Shown in pieces: positions 39,069-49,225 of a stretch of 64,000 bases of DNA. The notes below the pieces were generated by a model, which worked only from the letters and a program-made list of their open reading frames with translations, did no database searches and was not told where the DNA came from. Each line of letters opens with the position of its first letter. The stretch's first letter is position 1. The DNA comes from a virus (taxonomy: Duplodnaviria; Caudoviricetes). A program made the position numbers and the translations under genes. The stretch covers positions 64,001 through 128,000 of the IMG/VR virus record IMGVR_UViG_3300000439_000004. One strand, 5' to 3'.

Positions 39069-39815
39069 TTATTTCGCCTTGTTAACTTTAGTAATTTTTC
39101 CTGAAAATACTGAATCACCAACTTTAACAACTAAATTTTCATTTATTGAAGTTGTTTTTTGTGCGGTCAATAATTGATTTAATTTTTCATCCATTATTTT
39201 ACGAATAGTATTTTCAATGATAGGTGTTAACGCAGTTATAATTTCATTAACATCTTGTTTTGAATGAATTACTTGTGTTTGTTGTGGTCTTGATGATGTT
39301 TTTGATTTACTTGGTCCAACACCTTCTTGTTCCATTAATTTTCTTGCTTTATTAACAAAATTAATATCAAGTGAATCTGCCAATGATATTTGTTGTGGTT
39401 GTTGTATAGGATGTTCTATCATTAGTTTTTTTATATTTTCTGGTAGTTTAGTGTTTTGTATTCTATTAACGTCTAAAACATTTGAGCTAACTGGTCTTGT
39501 TGGGGCTGGTCTTGATTCTTCCATCATACCCATCATATCATATCCACCCATTTGTTGTGGCATATGTCTTTGTTGTGGTACCATTCTTTGTTGTGGTACC
39601 ATTCTTTGTTGTGGTACCATTCTTTGTTGTGGCATCATTGGTTGGTTCATACCCATTCCACTTGAAGCTAATTCTTCAGGTGCAGATCTTAAAACTTGTT
39701 CATTTACATTGCCAGTTTCATAATCACCATTATCCACTTTATTCATTATTTTTTTTGCTTGTACTAATCTCATCATTAAATCATTTTCTGAGATTACTCC
39801 ATTTCCTTGTTGCAT
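39069..39815 (-). CDS. Hypothetical Gln/Met/Pro-rich protein
   Basis: 248-aa ORF. Confidence 0.7.
   Translation of the reverse strand: MQQGNGVISENDLMMRLVQAKKIMNKVDNGDYETGNVNEQVLRSAPEELASSGMGMNQPMMPQQRMVPQQRMVPQQRMVPQQRHMPQQMGGYDMMGMMEESRPAPTRPVSSNVLDVNRIQNTKLPENIKKLMIEHPIQQPQQISLADSLDINFVNKARKLMEQEGVGPSKSKTSSRPQQTQVIHSKQDVNEIITALTPIIENTIRKIMDEKLNQLLTAQKTTSINENLVVKVGDSVFSGKITKVNKAK
39567..39632 (-). repeat. 18-bp tandem repeat encoding PQQRMV
   Basis: tctttgttgtggtaccat x3 plus a partial copy. Confidence 0.9.
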
Positions 39816-39846
39816 ATTTAATATATTTTATTAATTATAATTATTA

Positions 39847-40572
39847 TTATGATAACATTAAAGTTTTAATTCTTTTAATATTTTCTTTTAATGTTTCATC
39901 TTCTGGATTTTCTTCCGGTTTTTCTTCGGGTTTTGGTTGTGGTAATTCAGTAGATGGTTTTATTTCTTTATTTGGTTCAACCGGAGTTGGTTCAGGTTTC
40001 ACCTCTGGTTTTGGTTGAGGTAATTCTGTTGGTTTAGTTGGTTCAACAGGGGGTTTTACTTCGGGTTTTGGTTGAGGTAATTCCGGTTCAACTTTTTTAA
40101 TTGGTTCTTTTATAGGTTTTGGTTTTGGTTCTTTTTTAACCGGTGTTGTTGTATCCCAATTTGATTTAACATACGTAACTCTCATTCCACCATATCTTGG
40201 AGTTTCATCACCTTCTTTATAACCTGGTCTTTTTTCATTGAATTGGGTATTATTATTAACTTGAACATTACTCATTCTACTAACCATAAATGTTCTCCAT
40301 CCGTGTTCATTAAAACCTTTTTTTGAAACAGAAGGTGGTTGTACATACGCTCTAATCACTAAATTACCTTTACTATTAACACCCATAGCAACCGCCTCTG
40401 CGTTAATCCTTTTTCCTTGTTTAACACTTTTTTCTTTTGGTTTTTTTGGACCTGTATAATAAAAGGTAATAGGATTCCTATTAACAATTGCATCGACAAT
40501 TGGTTTACTTTGTCTTGTTTTAAGAACATTTTGTTCTTCAAGTATTTTAAAAAATAATTTAGTTAATTTCAT
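39847..40572 (-). CDS. WYL-domain-like protein with Pro/Lys/Glu-rich tail
   Basis: IVDAI...ITFYY...R.NAEAVAMG...VIRAY...WRTFMVSRM; likely start ATG 40572. Confidence 0.6.
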   Translation of the reverse strand: MKLTKLFFKILEEQNVLKTRQSKPIVDAIVNRNPITFYYTGPKKPKEKSVKQGKRINAEAVAMGVNSKGNLVIRAYVQPPSVSKKGFNEHGWRTFMVSRMSNVQVNNNTQFNEKRPGYKEGDETPRYGGMRVTYVKSNWDTTTPVKKEPKPKPIKEPIKKVEPELPQPKPEVKPPVEPTKPTELPQPKPEVKPEPTPVEPNKEIKPSTELPQPKPEEKPEENPEDETLKENIKRIKTLMLS

Positions 40573-40573
40573 A

Positions 40574-41017
40574 TTAAAAATCAGGATATGTTTTTTTTCC
40601 ATTATATTTATTCGATGCAATTTCATTATTTCTATTATTTATGTCAAGTGGAGTTACTGCTTGATCATTATTTAATGTTGAATAAGCATCATTGGAGTTA
40701 TACTGATTAGTTGCATTATATGTATTGATTGCTTCTTCTGTGGTTCTATTAGTAATATCCAGTGGAGTTACCGCCAAATCTTTATTTATTACTGAATAAG
40801 CAACATTAGAACCATATGGTTTATTAGGACCATATGTGTTAATTGACTGTTCAGTATTTCTATTATTAATATCAACGGGTGTTACTGCTTGATCATTATG
40901 TAGTGATGAGTATGCGTCATTACTATCATAAATTGAACTTGGGTTATACTTATTTACCGCAATTTCTGTCGGTCTTAATTCATTTGCAATTGCTTCTAAT
41001 GGTGAAATATTTGGCAT
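40574..41017 (-). CDS. Repeat protein (three ~38-aa units)
   Basis: N.Y...Y.SN.AYS....DQAVTPLDI.NR repeated three times. Confidence 0.7.
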   Translation of the reverse strand: MPNISPLEAIANELRPTEIAVNKYNPSSIYDSNDAYSSLHNDQAVTPVDINNRNTEQSINTYGPNKPYGSNVAYSVINKDLAVTPLDITNRTTEEAINTYNATNQYNSNDAYSTLNNDQAVTPLDINNRNNEIASNKYNGKKTYPDF

Positions 41018-41018
41018 G

Positions 41019-41516
41019 TTAATATGTTATTAATTTTTTTATTTTTTCAATTTCCTCAAATAAACCTAATGAAACTATTGGGGATATTGATGATTTATGT
41101 GAATTACTTTTAATCAAATTTGTTGGTACAGTAAATCCAAATTTTTTTGTATGTTTTTTTAAATATGAATTTTTTCTTTCTCCAGTAATTGCTGACATTT
41201 CATCAGCATCTTTTCTTCCTTCTTTCCTATTATCAATTAAATCGCGTTCACCTTGTAAATGTTTTTTTGACCAATTATCCATTAATTGACCACCATAAAG
41301 ATTATATCTAACTCTATCTTTAATTTTATCAATAGTTTGTAAATCATGGATAATTCTTTTTAATTGTCCATAAGTTACTTTTTTATCGTTTAATATATTT
41401 TGAGCACGTTGAACACCATGTGTATTCTTATCTTGTAAACCAGTTATTGTATGGTTAATTAGATTAAGAATATCTTGTGGGACATCAAAAACTCTATCTT
41501 TTAATTCTCTATTCAT
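41019..41516 (-). CDS. Hypothetical basic protein
   Basis: 165-aa ORF ending LFEEIEKIKKLITY. Confidence 0.65.
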   Translation of the reverse strand: MNRELKDRVFDVPQDILNLINHTITGLQDKNTHGVQRAQNILNDKKVTYGQLKRIIHDLQTIDKIKDRVRYNLYGGQLMDNWSKKHLQGERDLIDNRKEGRKDADEMSAITGERKNSYLKKHTKKFGFTVPTNLIKSNSHKSSISPIVSLGLFEEIEKIKKLITY

Positions 41517-42262
41517 TATTTTAAATGTTTCAAAATATCCTTTAATGATAAATTGTGACTATCCAAACTATTTTTTAATGATTTTAATTGTTTTAAAACA
41601 ATTGGGTTAATTTCTTTTTCTTCATCCAAATCATTATCAAGAATATCATTTGGATCATTTTTTCTTGATAAGATACTTTCAAGATATTCTTCCATGAATT
41701 TTTTAGGATTTTCAACTAATCTAATTTTATCATCAGGTAGTTTTTGATCATAACCCATTTGACCTAATCTTTCAATAGCTTCTTCATGTGTTAAACCTAA
41801 TTCTTTTGTAAAATGTCTATAAGCTTCTTTAAAACTTTCATCATCACCTAAAGTATCTTCATAACCTAAAGATTTACTCAAATCTGCTTCTGACATACCA
41901 AAATATTTCATTGACACAGCACCATATGCACTAGATGACCCCATTTGTCCTGTTGACATTTTAACGACTTCATCAGTAGTTTTATTGTCTGTAACACCTT
42001 TGGTATTGAAATCTGTTGGTTTTTTACCTCTAGCAATGTTTCCTTCATCATCAACGATTTCATCAACCTCTTTTTTAGGTTTTTTAACTTTTTTTGGTAA
42101 ATGTTTAAAATCTGTTTTATCTGAAAATTCATGAGCCATTTTACCCCATTTTTTCCTTTCTTTTGGTGAGGTTGATTTATCTCCCGCTTTTGCATAGAAA
42201 AATTTTTGTTGTGCTTTTGACACAAATTTCTCTTCTATTATCTGTTTTATAAAATTATTCAT
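41516..42262 (-). CDS. Hypothetical modular protein
   Basis: N-terminal basic module SKAQQKFFYA...EF...LPKKV. Confidence 0.65.
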   Translation of the reverse strand: MNNFIKQIIEEKFVSKAQQKFFYAKAGDKSTSPKERKKWGKMAHEFSDKTDFKHLPKKVKKPKKEVDEIVDDEGNIARGKKPTDFNTKGVTDNKTTDEVVKMSTGQMGSSSAYGAVSMKYFGMSEADLSKSLGYEDTLGDDESFKEAYRHFTKELGLTHEEAIERLGQMGYDQKLPDDKIRLVENPKKFMEEYLESILSRKNDPNDILDNDLDEEKEINPIVLKQLKSLKNSLDSHNLSLKDILKHLK

Positions 42263-42315
42263 TAAATATTGCTTTTATATAAATATCAAAAGTTATTAAA
42301 GATATTTATATAATT

Positions 42316-43632
42316 ATGGCAAGTCAAAATATTTTTAATTATTATGGTATTAAATTAGATGGTAAGGTGGATTTTTCTGAGGTATATGACTATGAAATCA
42401 CAAAAAATGATTTAGATTATAATTCAGATGTTATCCAATTTAATTACGATATCACATATACATCTCTTACAATAAATAGTGGTTTAAGTGGATTTACTTG
42501 TGTTAGAGACTCTATTACAATTAGTGATGGTACAAGTAATTATACCTTTGATTACAATGATTTTATTAATTTTTTTGGTGATCAATATGAATATATAATA
42601 TTAAATAATGATGTTTATGTCAATTTAGATGGTATTACATATTATAATATTATTAGTTATAATGATATTATTAACACCCCTTCTTCATGGTTAATAAATA
42701 ATTTATCAGGGTCAACAATAGAATGCGAAAGTAAAATAACCAATTCATCAAATTGTTGTCCACCTTCTCCACAATTGGAAAATAAACCTTGGGCTTATAA
42801 ATTTAATACCGGTGGTGGAAATGATTATTGTTCACCATATATTAAAAGAAGAACAGAAAAAGGTTGGACTTTAGATTTTATTTTTAATAGAGAACATAGT
42901 GGTTGGACTGAAGGTTCTGTTTTTTATTATATTGGTGTAAGAGGTGAAGATAATGTTGCAAATTATGCAGATAATAACTTATCTTTTCAATTTACACCTG
43001 ATGGTAGAATAAAATTTATTTCTGTTAGATATTCTGGTGTTTGTGACCCGGTATCAGGTTATAGTGATGGTTATTATATTGAAAGTGGTCAAACCCCAAC
43101 TTTATGTACAACAGGTGATACAAAAGATTTTAATGTAACTATTGTATTTGATAGAGATTATAGATTAACAGATTGTAATATTGAAAATGATGGTGGTTGG
43201 AATGATCTAATTGAGGAATATGTAATAACACCATTAGACACAACTGATTCTGAAATAACATCAACTCAAATTGCAACATTTAATACATATGAGATTTTGA
43301 ATAAAAAATGGGAATCAGAAATAAAACAAAGATTGGGAACATTGAAAATATATTTAAATGGTAATCCAATTTATAAAATAAAAGAATGGGAAGAGATTAT
43401 ACCATCAACAAGGGGAACTCAACCATTTATTCAATCTTGGGGTGGTGGAACAGGTTTAATGGGTGGTATTCATGAAGGTACATGTTGTTTTGATATAAAA
43501 AGTATTAAATATTATGAAGAACCTCTAGATTATTTTCATGTTAGACATAATTTCCTAATGTCATTAAAAAGTGGTGATTATGATTATTTCATATGTGGAA
43601 ATAATTGTGTGGATAATGTAACCGCATTATAA
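42316..43632 (+). CDS. Probable virion structural protein (beta-rich, Cys-containing)
   Basis: Composition and TATTTAT motif upstream. Confidence 0.55.
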   Translation: MASQNIFNYYGIKLDGKVDFSEVYDYEITKNDLDYNSDVIQFNYDITYTSLTINSGLSGFTCVRDSITISDGTSNYTFDYNDFINFFGDQYEYIILNNDVYVNLDGITYYNIISYNDIINTPSSWLINNLSGSTIECESKITNSSNCCPPSPQLENKPWAYKFNTGGGNDYCSPYIKRRTEKGWTLDFIFNREHSGWTEGSVFYYIGVRGEDNVANYADNNLSFQFTPDGRIKFISVRYSGVCDPVSGYSDGYYIESGQTPTLCTTGDTKDFNVTIVFDRDYRLTDCNIENDGGWNDLIEEYVITPLDTTDSEITSTQIATFNTYEILNKKWESEIKQRLGTLKIYLNGNPIYKIKEWEEIIPSTRGTQPFIQSWGGGTGLMGGIHEGTCCFDIKSIKYYEEPLDYFHVRHNFLMSLKSGDYDYFICGNNCVDNVTAL

Positions 43633-43651
43633 AAAAATAATATTTATTAAT

Positions 43652-44020
43652 ATGGAATTTTATATAAGACAAGGGGCAAGTGACCCAATTTTAAAGTTAA
43701 AGTTAATTGATGATGGTATAAATGATAAATCATCAATTAATGATTTATTGGAAAATTCTGATATTACATTTGAAATGTCAGAATATAAAACAAATATTCC
43801 TGTTATATTGAATGGTACTTGTTGGACAACATCAAGAACTAAAAAATATGATATGACTACTGATGAATATTACATTACATTTAGATTTACAGAAGAACAA
43901 ACATGTCAAATAGGTAAATTTGAAGGTAAATTTATTGTTCAATTTTTAGATACAAATCAAGACCCAACTACTAAGTTAATTCTACCTGTAAAAGAGAAAC
44001 TATACATCAATATTTTTTAA
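43652..44020 (+). CDS. Small Ig-like/BppU-N-like virion protein
   Basis: FYIRQG..P.L...G.F.G.F.V.F...LP...L.INI pattern. Confidence 0.5.
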   Translation: MEFYIRQGASDPILKLKLIDDGINDKSSINDLLENSDITFEMSEYKTNIPVILNGTCWTTSRTKKYDMTTDEYYITFRFTEEQTCQIGKFEGKFIVQFLDTNQDPTTKLILPVKEKLYINIF

Positions 44021-44107
44021 TCTGACTTTTTTTGACTATATTTATTTTTTGTTAAGACTAACTACGATTTACTCGTAAGCTAATGTGTCAATTTAAAAGT
44101 AAAATAT

Positions 44108-47100
44108 ATGTCAGAAGTAATCTCACAGGAACTTATCGAAAGTTTCCTTAATGGTGGCGACCCCGAACAATTTATAGTCGGAGTAGAATTCAGTTACGCC
44201 ACGAACAAAATTCACAAAATTATTCAAGACCCAGAAAAGGGTAAAATTGTAAAAATGGATTCATTTACACCATTCCTATGGGTTGGTGATTTGAATAATC
44301 AAAACTTTTACAACAACAATAAGTCACTTCAAAAACAAAAAATGGGTGAACATGGTATTCTAATTGAAAAATTGAATACCGGTGGTAATGAAAGACTTGA
44401 AAATGGTCATAAATTTTTAGTAAAAAGTATTAAAGGTTATGGTGATTTAATAAATTTCTTTAAACAAGGTGGAATAGATCCTTGGGGTGAAAAACATAGA
44501 CACTTATTTACCATATTATCTCCTGTTGAACAATATTTAGTTCAAACAAAGAAACGTTTATTTAAAGGTATTGATGAATATTCAGATGTTTATCGTTTTG
44601 TATTTGATATTGAAACCACTGGATTAGAACCTGAGACTTGTAATATCATATTGATTGGAGTTAAGGATAATCGTGGTTTAAATAGAACAATCTCTGCATT
44701 TGGTGAGGATGGTGAAAAGAAATGTATTGAAGAATTTTTCAAAATAATTAGAGATAAAAAACCAACAATTATTGGTGGTTATAATTCCGCATCATTTGAC
44801 TTTCCATTCATATTAAAAAGAGCCGAGATATTAGGTGTCAATGTGAAAGATTTAACCAAAATATTTACGGATGATGGAATTAAACAAAGAGAAGGTGTTT
44901 TAAAACTCGCAAATGAAGTTGAACCATATACACAACATATTATATGGGGATTTAATATCATTGATATTTCACATGCGGTTAGAAGAGCACAAGCAATTAA
45001 TTCAGAAATTAAGAAATGGGGATTAAAATATATTACCAAATATTTGGAAAAAGAAAAACCAAATCGGGTATATGTGGAAGGTGGTTCAATATCTAAGATA
45101 TACTTGGATAATGAACAATATTATGTAAACCCAAAAACAGGTGGATATAGAAAAATGGGTTCTCCCGGTACTGAAAATTTATTAAGTAAATATCCCGGTA
45201 AATTTGAGATATGGTCAGGTTCAAGAATTGTTGAACAATACCTTGATGATGACTTATATGAAACAATGTTAGTGGATGATTCATTTAGTCAGTCTACATT
45301 TCTAATATCAAAACTTGTACCTACAACATATGAGAGAATTGCAACAATGGGTACTGCAACATTATGGAAAATAATAATGTTAGCATGGTCATACGAAAAT
45401 AACCTTGCCGTACCATATAAGGCAGAACGTAGATCAATTACAGGTGGTCTTTCAAGATTATTAAAAGTTGGATATGCTAGGGATATTGTTAAATTTGACT
45501 ATGCATCTCTTTATCCATCTATTCAACTTGTATATGATGTATTTCCTGAATGTGATATTATGGGTGTACAGAAATCAATGTTAAAGTATTTCCGTAACAT
45601 TCGTATTAAGTATAAAAGACTTAAAGAAGTTCATGAAAAAACCGATCCTATATTAGCGGAATCATATGATAGAAAACAATTACCAATTAAGATATTCATT
45701 AATGCTTACTTTGGTTCATTATCAGCACCACATGTATTTCCTTGGGGTGATATGGATAAGGGTGAAACAATCACTTGTGTTGGTCGTCAATGTTTACGTA
45801 TGATGATTATGTTCTATTTGAAAAAAGGTTATGTACCTTTGGTAATGGATAGTGTAGAATATGATACCCCTATTTATCTAAAAGATATTGACGATAATTT
45901 GGTTATTTTGCCTATATGTGATTTATTTGATGATACCAAAAAAATAACATCTGAAATTGGTGAAAGAGATTTTTCTGAAAAAGAATATACTGTATTAACA
46001 AGAAGTGGTTGGAAAAATATTAATTATGTTTATAGACATGAAACTAATAAACCAATACATAAAATTGTAACTAAAAATAGATTAGTTAATTGTACATCAG
46101 ATCATTCATTATTTCAAAATGAAATCCAAATAAAACCATCTTCATTAAAAAGAGGTGATAAGATTGATATAATTGACATACCTCTTTTAAAAAATGAAAA
46201 TAATATGTCCACTGATATGGCGAAACTAATTGGTTTTTTTATTGGTGATGGTTCATCATATTATAAAAAGGTTAATAGGACATACTCAAGTAAAAAATTG
46301 GGGTTACGTTCATATAGTTCATTTAAAGGAGAGTTTACATTAAATAATTCTAATATTGAACTATTGAATAGTATGGAAGATTTAATAAAAAAAGAATTTA
46401 ACATAGACTGTCCAATTAAAGATTATCGTTCACATTCAAAAGTTTTTAAATTAAAAACATCTAAAACTCTATTATCTAAATGGTTTTCTGAAAAATGTTA
46501 TACATCATATCGTGAAAAACAAATACCAAAAGAAATTTTAAATGGCAATATTGACATATTAAAATCATTTATGGATGGGTTTTATTTGGCAGATGGTTGG
46601 GGGAATGATTTCAATGAACCTAAAGATATTACACAGAAATCTAAAGTATGTTTAGCAGGAATATCTTATATTTTAAATAGATTAGGTGTCAATTATATAA
46701 TATCAATAAGAAAAGATAAACCTAAAATAAGTTCCTTAATTTTAGGTACTGAAAAAAAAGATGTTTACTATAAATTAAACAATGAAAAATCAAAAAGAAA
46801 AGAAAACGAAGTATGGTTTAATGAAATACAAGAAAACAGTAATAAATTTGTTTATGATATCTCAACTGAAGATGGTACATTTGTTGGTGGTATTGGTGGT
46901 ATTATATTAAAAAACACCGATGGTGTTAACTTTGAAACACCTGAAGATATAGAAGATCACGTTTATATAGGTAAGGGTTTAAATGAATTGGTAGAAGAAG
47001 GAAAAGAATATCGTGGTATTAAAGCGGATACTGCTGAGTTTAACGATATTTTTATGAGAAATGAAATGGGTTTAGATATTGACTATGTTGCAAAATCTTG

Positions 47101-48067
47101 TATTAATGTGTCAAGAAAAAACTACATTATTAAAATGGAGAAAAAAGGTAAGGAAAAAATTAAACTTACCGGTAATACCATAAAATCTAAGAAACTACAA
47201 CAATATATTGTGGAATTCTTAGATGAAGGATTAAAATTTTTATTAAATGGCGATGGATTATCTTTTGTTGAGTTGTATTATTCTTATGTGGAAAAGATAT
47301 GTAATAAGGAAATCCCACTTTCCAAGATAGCAAATAAATCTCGTGTTAAACAAGGTGTTGAAGATTATAAGAAACATTGTAAAAAACAAACCAAATCAGG
47401 TTCTTTGATGTCAAGACAAGCACATATGGAATTAGTTATAATGAATAATTACCCTGCCGGTCTTGGTGAAACAATTTACTATGTTAATAATGGTACTAAG
47501 AAATCTTCTGGTGATGTTCAAAAAATAAATAAACCAACTAAGAAACAGAACGAAGAATATCAAAATAAATATGGTGTTCCAATGCCGTCTGAATATATTG
47601 AAGTTAATTGTTATATGATACCTGAAAAGGAAATAATGGAAAATCCTGATATGGTTGGTGATTATAATGTTGCTCGTTATTTGAATAATTTTAATAAACG
47701 TGTTGAACCGTTATTGGTTGTATTTAAACCTGAAATAAGAGAAGATATTTTAGTTGAAAACTTAGATGATAGACAATTCTTTACGAAACTTCAATGTGAA
47801 TTAGTTAATGGTTTTCCATTAAAAGAAAGTGGTCAAGATAAGTTTGATGAAGTTATGACATTATCTGAAAGTGAAGTTGCATTTTGGAACAGAGTTCGTA
47901 GAGATCCTTATTTCATGTACATTGAGGATAGTTTAAAACTTGCTGATCCATTTTGGGTTGAACATAATAGACGAGTTGTAAATTATGAAGAAGTTTCGAC
48001 AACTAGTAATGAAGATGAATTATTAAATGATGATTCAGATTTAATGTTACATGCAAATCACGTTTAA
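44108..48067 (+). CDS. polB: Family B DNA polymerase with intein
   Basis: FDIETTG, GYNSASFDFP, DYASLYPS, KIFINAYFG, D|TDG, RKNY. Confidence 0.95.
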   Translation: MSEVISQELIESFLNGGDPEQFIVGVEFSYATNKIHKIIQDPEKGKIVKMDSFTPFLWVGDLNNQNFYNNNKSLQKQKMGEHGILIEKLNTGGNERLENGHKFLVKSIKGYGDLINFFKQGGIDPWGEKHRHLFTILSPVEQYLVQTKKRLFKGIDEYSDVYRFVFDIETTGLEPETCNIILIGVKDNRGLNRTISAFGEDGEKKCIEEFFKIIRDKKPTIIGGYNSASFDFPFILKRAEILGVNVKDLTKIFTDDGIKQREGVLKLANEVEPYTQHIIWGFNIIDISHAVRRAQAINSEIKKWGLKYITKYLEKEKPNRVYVEGGSISKIYLDNEQYYVNPKTGGYRKMGSPGTENLLSKYPGKFEIWSGSRIVEQYLDDDLYETMLVDDSFSQSTFLISKLVPTTYERIATMGTATLWKIIMLAWSYENNLAVPYKAERRSITGGLSRLLKVGYARDIVKFDYASLYPSIQLVYDVFPECDIMGVQKSMLKYFRNIRIKYKRLKEVHEKTDPILAESYDRKQLPIKIFINAYFGSLSAPHVFPWGDMDKGETITCVGRQCLRMMIMFYLKKGYVPLVMDSVEYDTPIYLKDIDDNLVILPICDLFDDTKKITSEIGERDFSEKEYTVLTRSGWKNINYVYRHETNKPIHKIVTKNRLVNCTSDHSLFQNEIQIKPSSLKRGDKIDIIDIPLLKNENNMSTDMAKLIGFFIGDGSSYYKKVNRTYSSKKLGLRSYSSFKGEFTLNNSNIELLNSMEDLIKKEFNIDCPIKDYRSHSKVFKLKTSKTLLSKWFSEKCYTSYREKQIPKEILNGNIDILKSFMDGFYLADGWGNDFNEPKDITQKSKVCLAGISYILNRLGVNYIISIRKDKPKISSLILGTEKKDVYYKLNNEKSKRKENEVWFNEIQENSNKFVYDISTEDGTFVGGIGGIILKNTDGVNFETPEDIEDHVYIGKGLNELVEEGKEYRGIKADTAEFNDIFMRNEMGLDIDYVAKSCINVSRKNYIIKMEKKGKEKIKLTGNTIKSKKLQQYIVEFLDEGLKFLLNGDGLSFVELYYSYVEKICNKEIPLSKIANKSRVKQGVEDYKKHCKKQTKSGSLMSRQAHMELVIMNNYPAGLGETIYYVNNGTKKSSGDVQKINKPTKKQNEEYQNKYGVPMPSEYIEVNCYMIPEKEIMENPDMVGDYNVARYLNNFNKRVEPLLVVFKPEIREDILVENLDDRQFFTKLQCELVNGFPLKESGQDKFDEVMTLSESEVAFWNRVRRDPYFMYIEDSLKLADPFWVEHNRRVVNYEEVSTTSNEDELLNDDSDLMLHANHV
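45851..46915 (+). mobile_element. Intein in PolB motif C (355 aa, Ser1, ends Lys-Asn)
   Basis: VMD|SVEYDTP...CTSDHS...IGFFIGDG...FYLADG...IILKN|TDG. Confidence 0.9.
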
Positions 48068-49185
48068 ATTACATTAATAGGTGAAGGCATTGCTCTGAAC
48101 TTCAAAGATTTATTAAGATTCTCCGCCTCGTTAGCTTTACGTTCCATCATTTTATCGGGGCGGAGTCTTTCTAATCTAGTCATTAATTCTTCGGCTAATT
48201 TTAATTTTTCATCTTTTCCTTCAGTTAATAATGTTGTATAATCTAATTTAATTTCACTATCAGGTACTTTAAGATCACCTGAATATTTACCCCAAATTCT
48301 ACCTAAACCTTCTTTAGAGTATGCAATTAAGTATTTTCTAACCCAATTTTGTGATGGATTATTTAATTTATCCCAAGTTAATTGTTCAGTCATAACATCA
48401 GATGGTAATTTAATTACATCTCTATTAATATCCAAACAAGTATCTCTATCCATCGTATCATAATACCAATACCAAACTTGATAATTACCATCATTTTCTT
48501 GATTTCCAAAATCAAATCTACCTCCTGGTACGTTATATAAATGAACATGTTTTGTTCCGTTTGGTCCAGCAGTAATTCTATATGTTACATCACCACCAAT
48601 TAAACGGTTTTTAATATTTCTATCACCCATTCTTAATAATAAGTCATACGCAGGCATCATAAAATATGACCCAGATGAACCTTGTTGTGCAAAACCACCT
48701 ATACCACCAAAACCTACTCCACCAAGGCCACCAAATCCACCTAAAAATGGATCAATAATTGAGTCAGATAAAGTGGCTCGAGTAAACCATAATAATTCAT
48801 TAATTTCACGTCCTGCGGGTATTTCATATACTTGTTGATTATCTACAAGAGTAAAATAATCTTTTTTTAGTTCCCAAGGACCATTCGACTGTAAACCAAC
48901 AATTTTTGAATATGAATATGTGTATTGTGTTTCATAATCCAAACTTCTTGTTGTAAATGCACGAGTTAATGATTGGGTATCAACATTAAGACCCATTAAT
49001 GATGACCATTGTGATTCAATCAACCAATCACTAACATATTGTTCATATTCTGCAATGGATAATTCTAAAAAAGTATCCATTTGTTCTTCTGTTAATTCAA
49101 TACCACGAACTGGCATACCTAAAAGGTGGAAAACCTGTGTATATAATTTTTCTTTATCTATTGGACTAATGATGGTTGATGACAT
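48064..49185 (-). CDS. Neck protein (T4 gp13-like)
   Basis: LGMP...IELTEEQMD and WVRKYLIAYSKEGLGRIWGKY. Confidence 0.7.
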   Translation of the reverse strand: MSSTIISPIDKEKLYTQVFHLLGMPVRGIELTEEQMDTFLELSIAEYEQYVSDWLIESQWSSLMGLNVDTQSLTRAFTTRSLDYETQYTYSYSKIVGLQSNGPWELKKDYFTLVDNQQVYEIPAGREINELLWFTRATLSDSIIDPFLGGFGGLGGVGFGGIGGFAQQGSSGSYFMMPAYDLLLRMGDRNIKNRLIGGDVTYRITAGPNGTKHVHLYNVPGGRFDFGNQENDGNYQVWYWYYDTMDRDTCLDINRDVIKLPSDVMTEQLTWDKLNNPSQNWVRKYLIAYSKEGLGRIWGKYSGDLKVPDSEIKLDYTTLLTEGKDEKLKLAEELMTRLERLRPDKMMERKANEAENLNKSLKFRAMPSPINVI

Positions 49186-49188
49186 ATA

Positions 49189-49220
49189 TTTGTTTTATTA
49201 AATAAATATTACTATATTTG
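49189..49220 (+). promoter_or_regulatory. Bacteroidota-type sigma70 promoter
   Basis: TTTG-N20-TATATTTG, 5 nt before ATG 49226. Confidence 0.6.
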
Positions 49221-49225
49221 GTATT

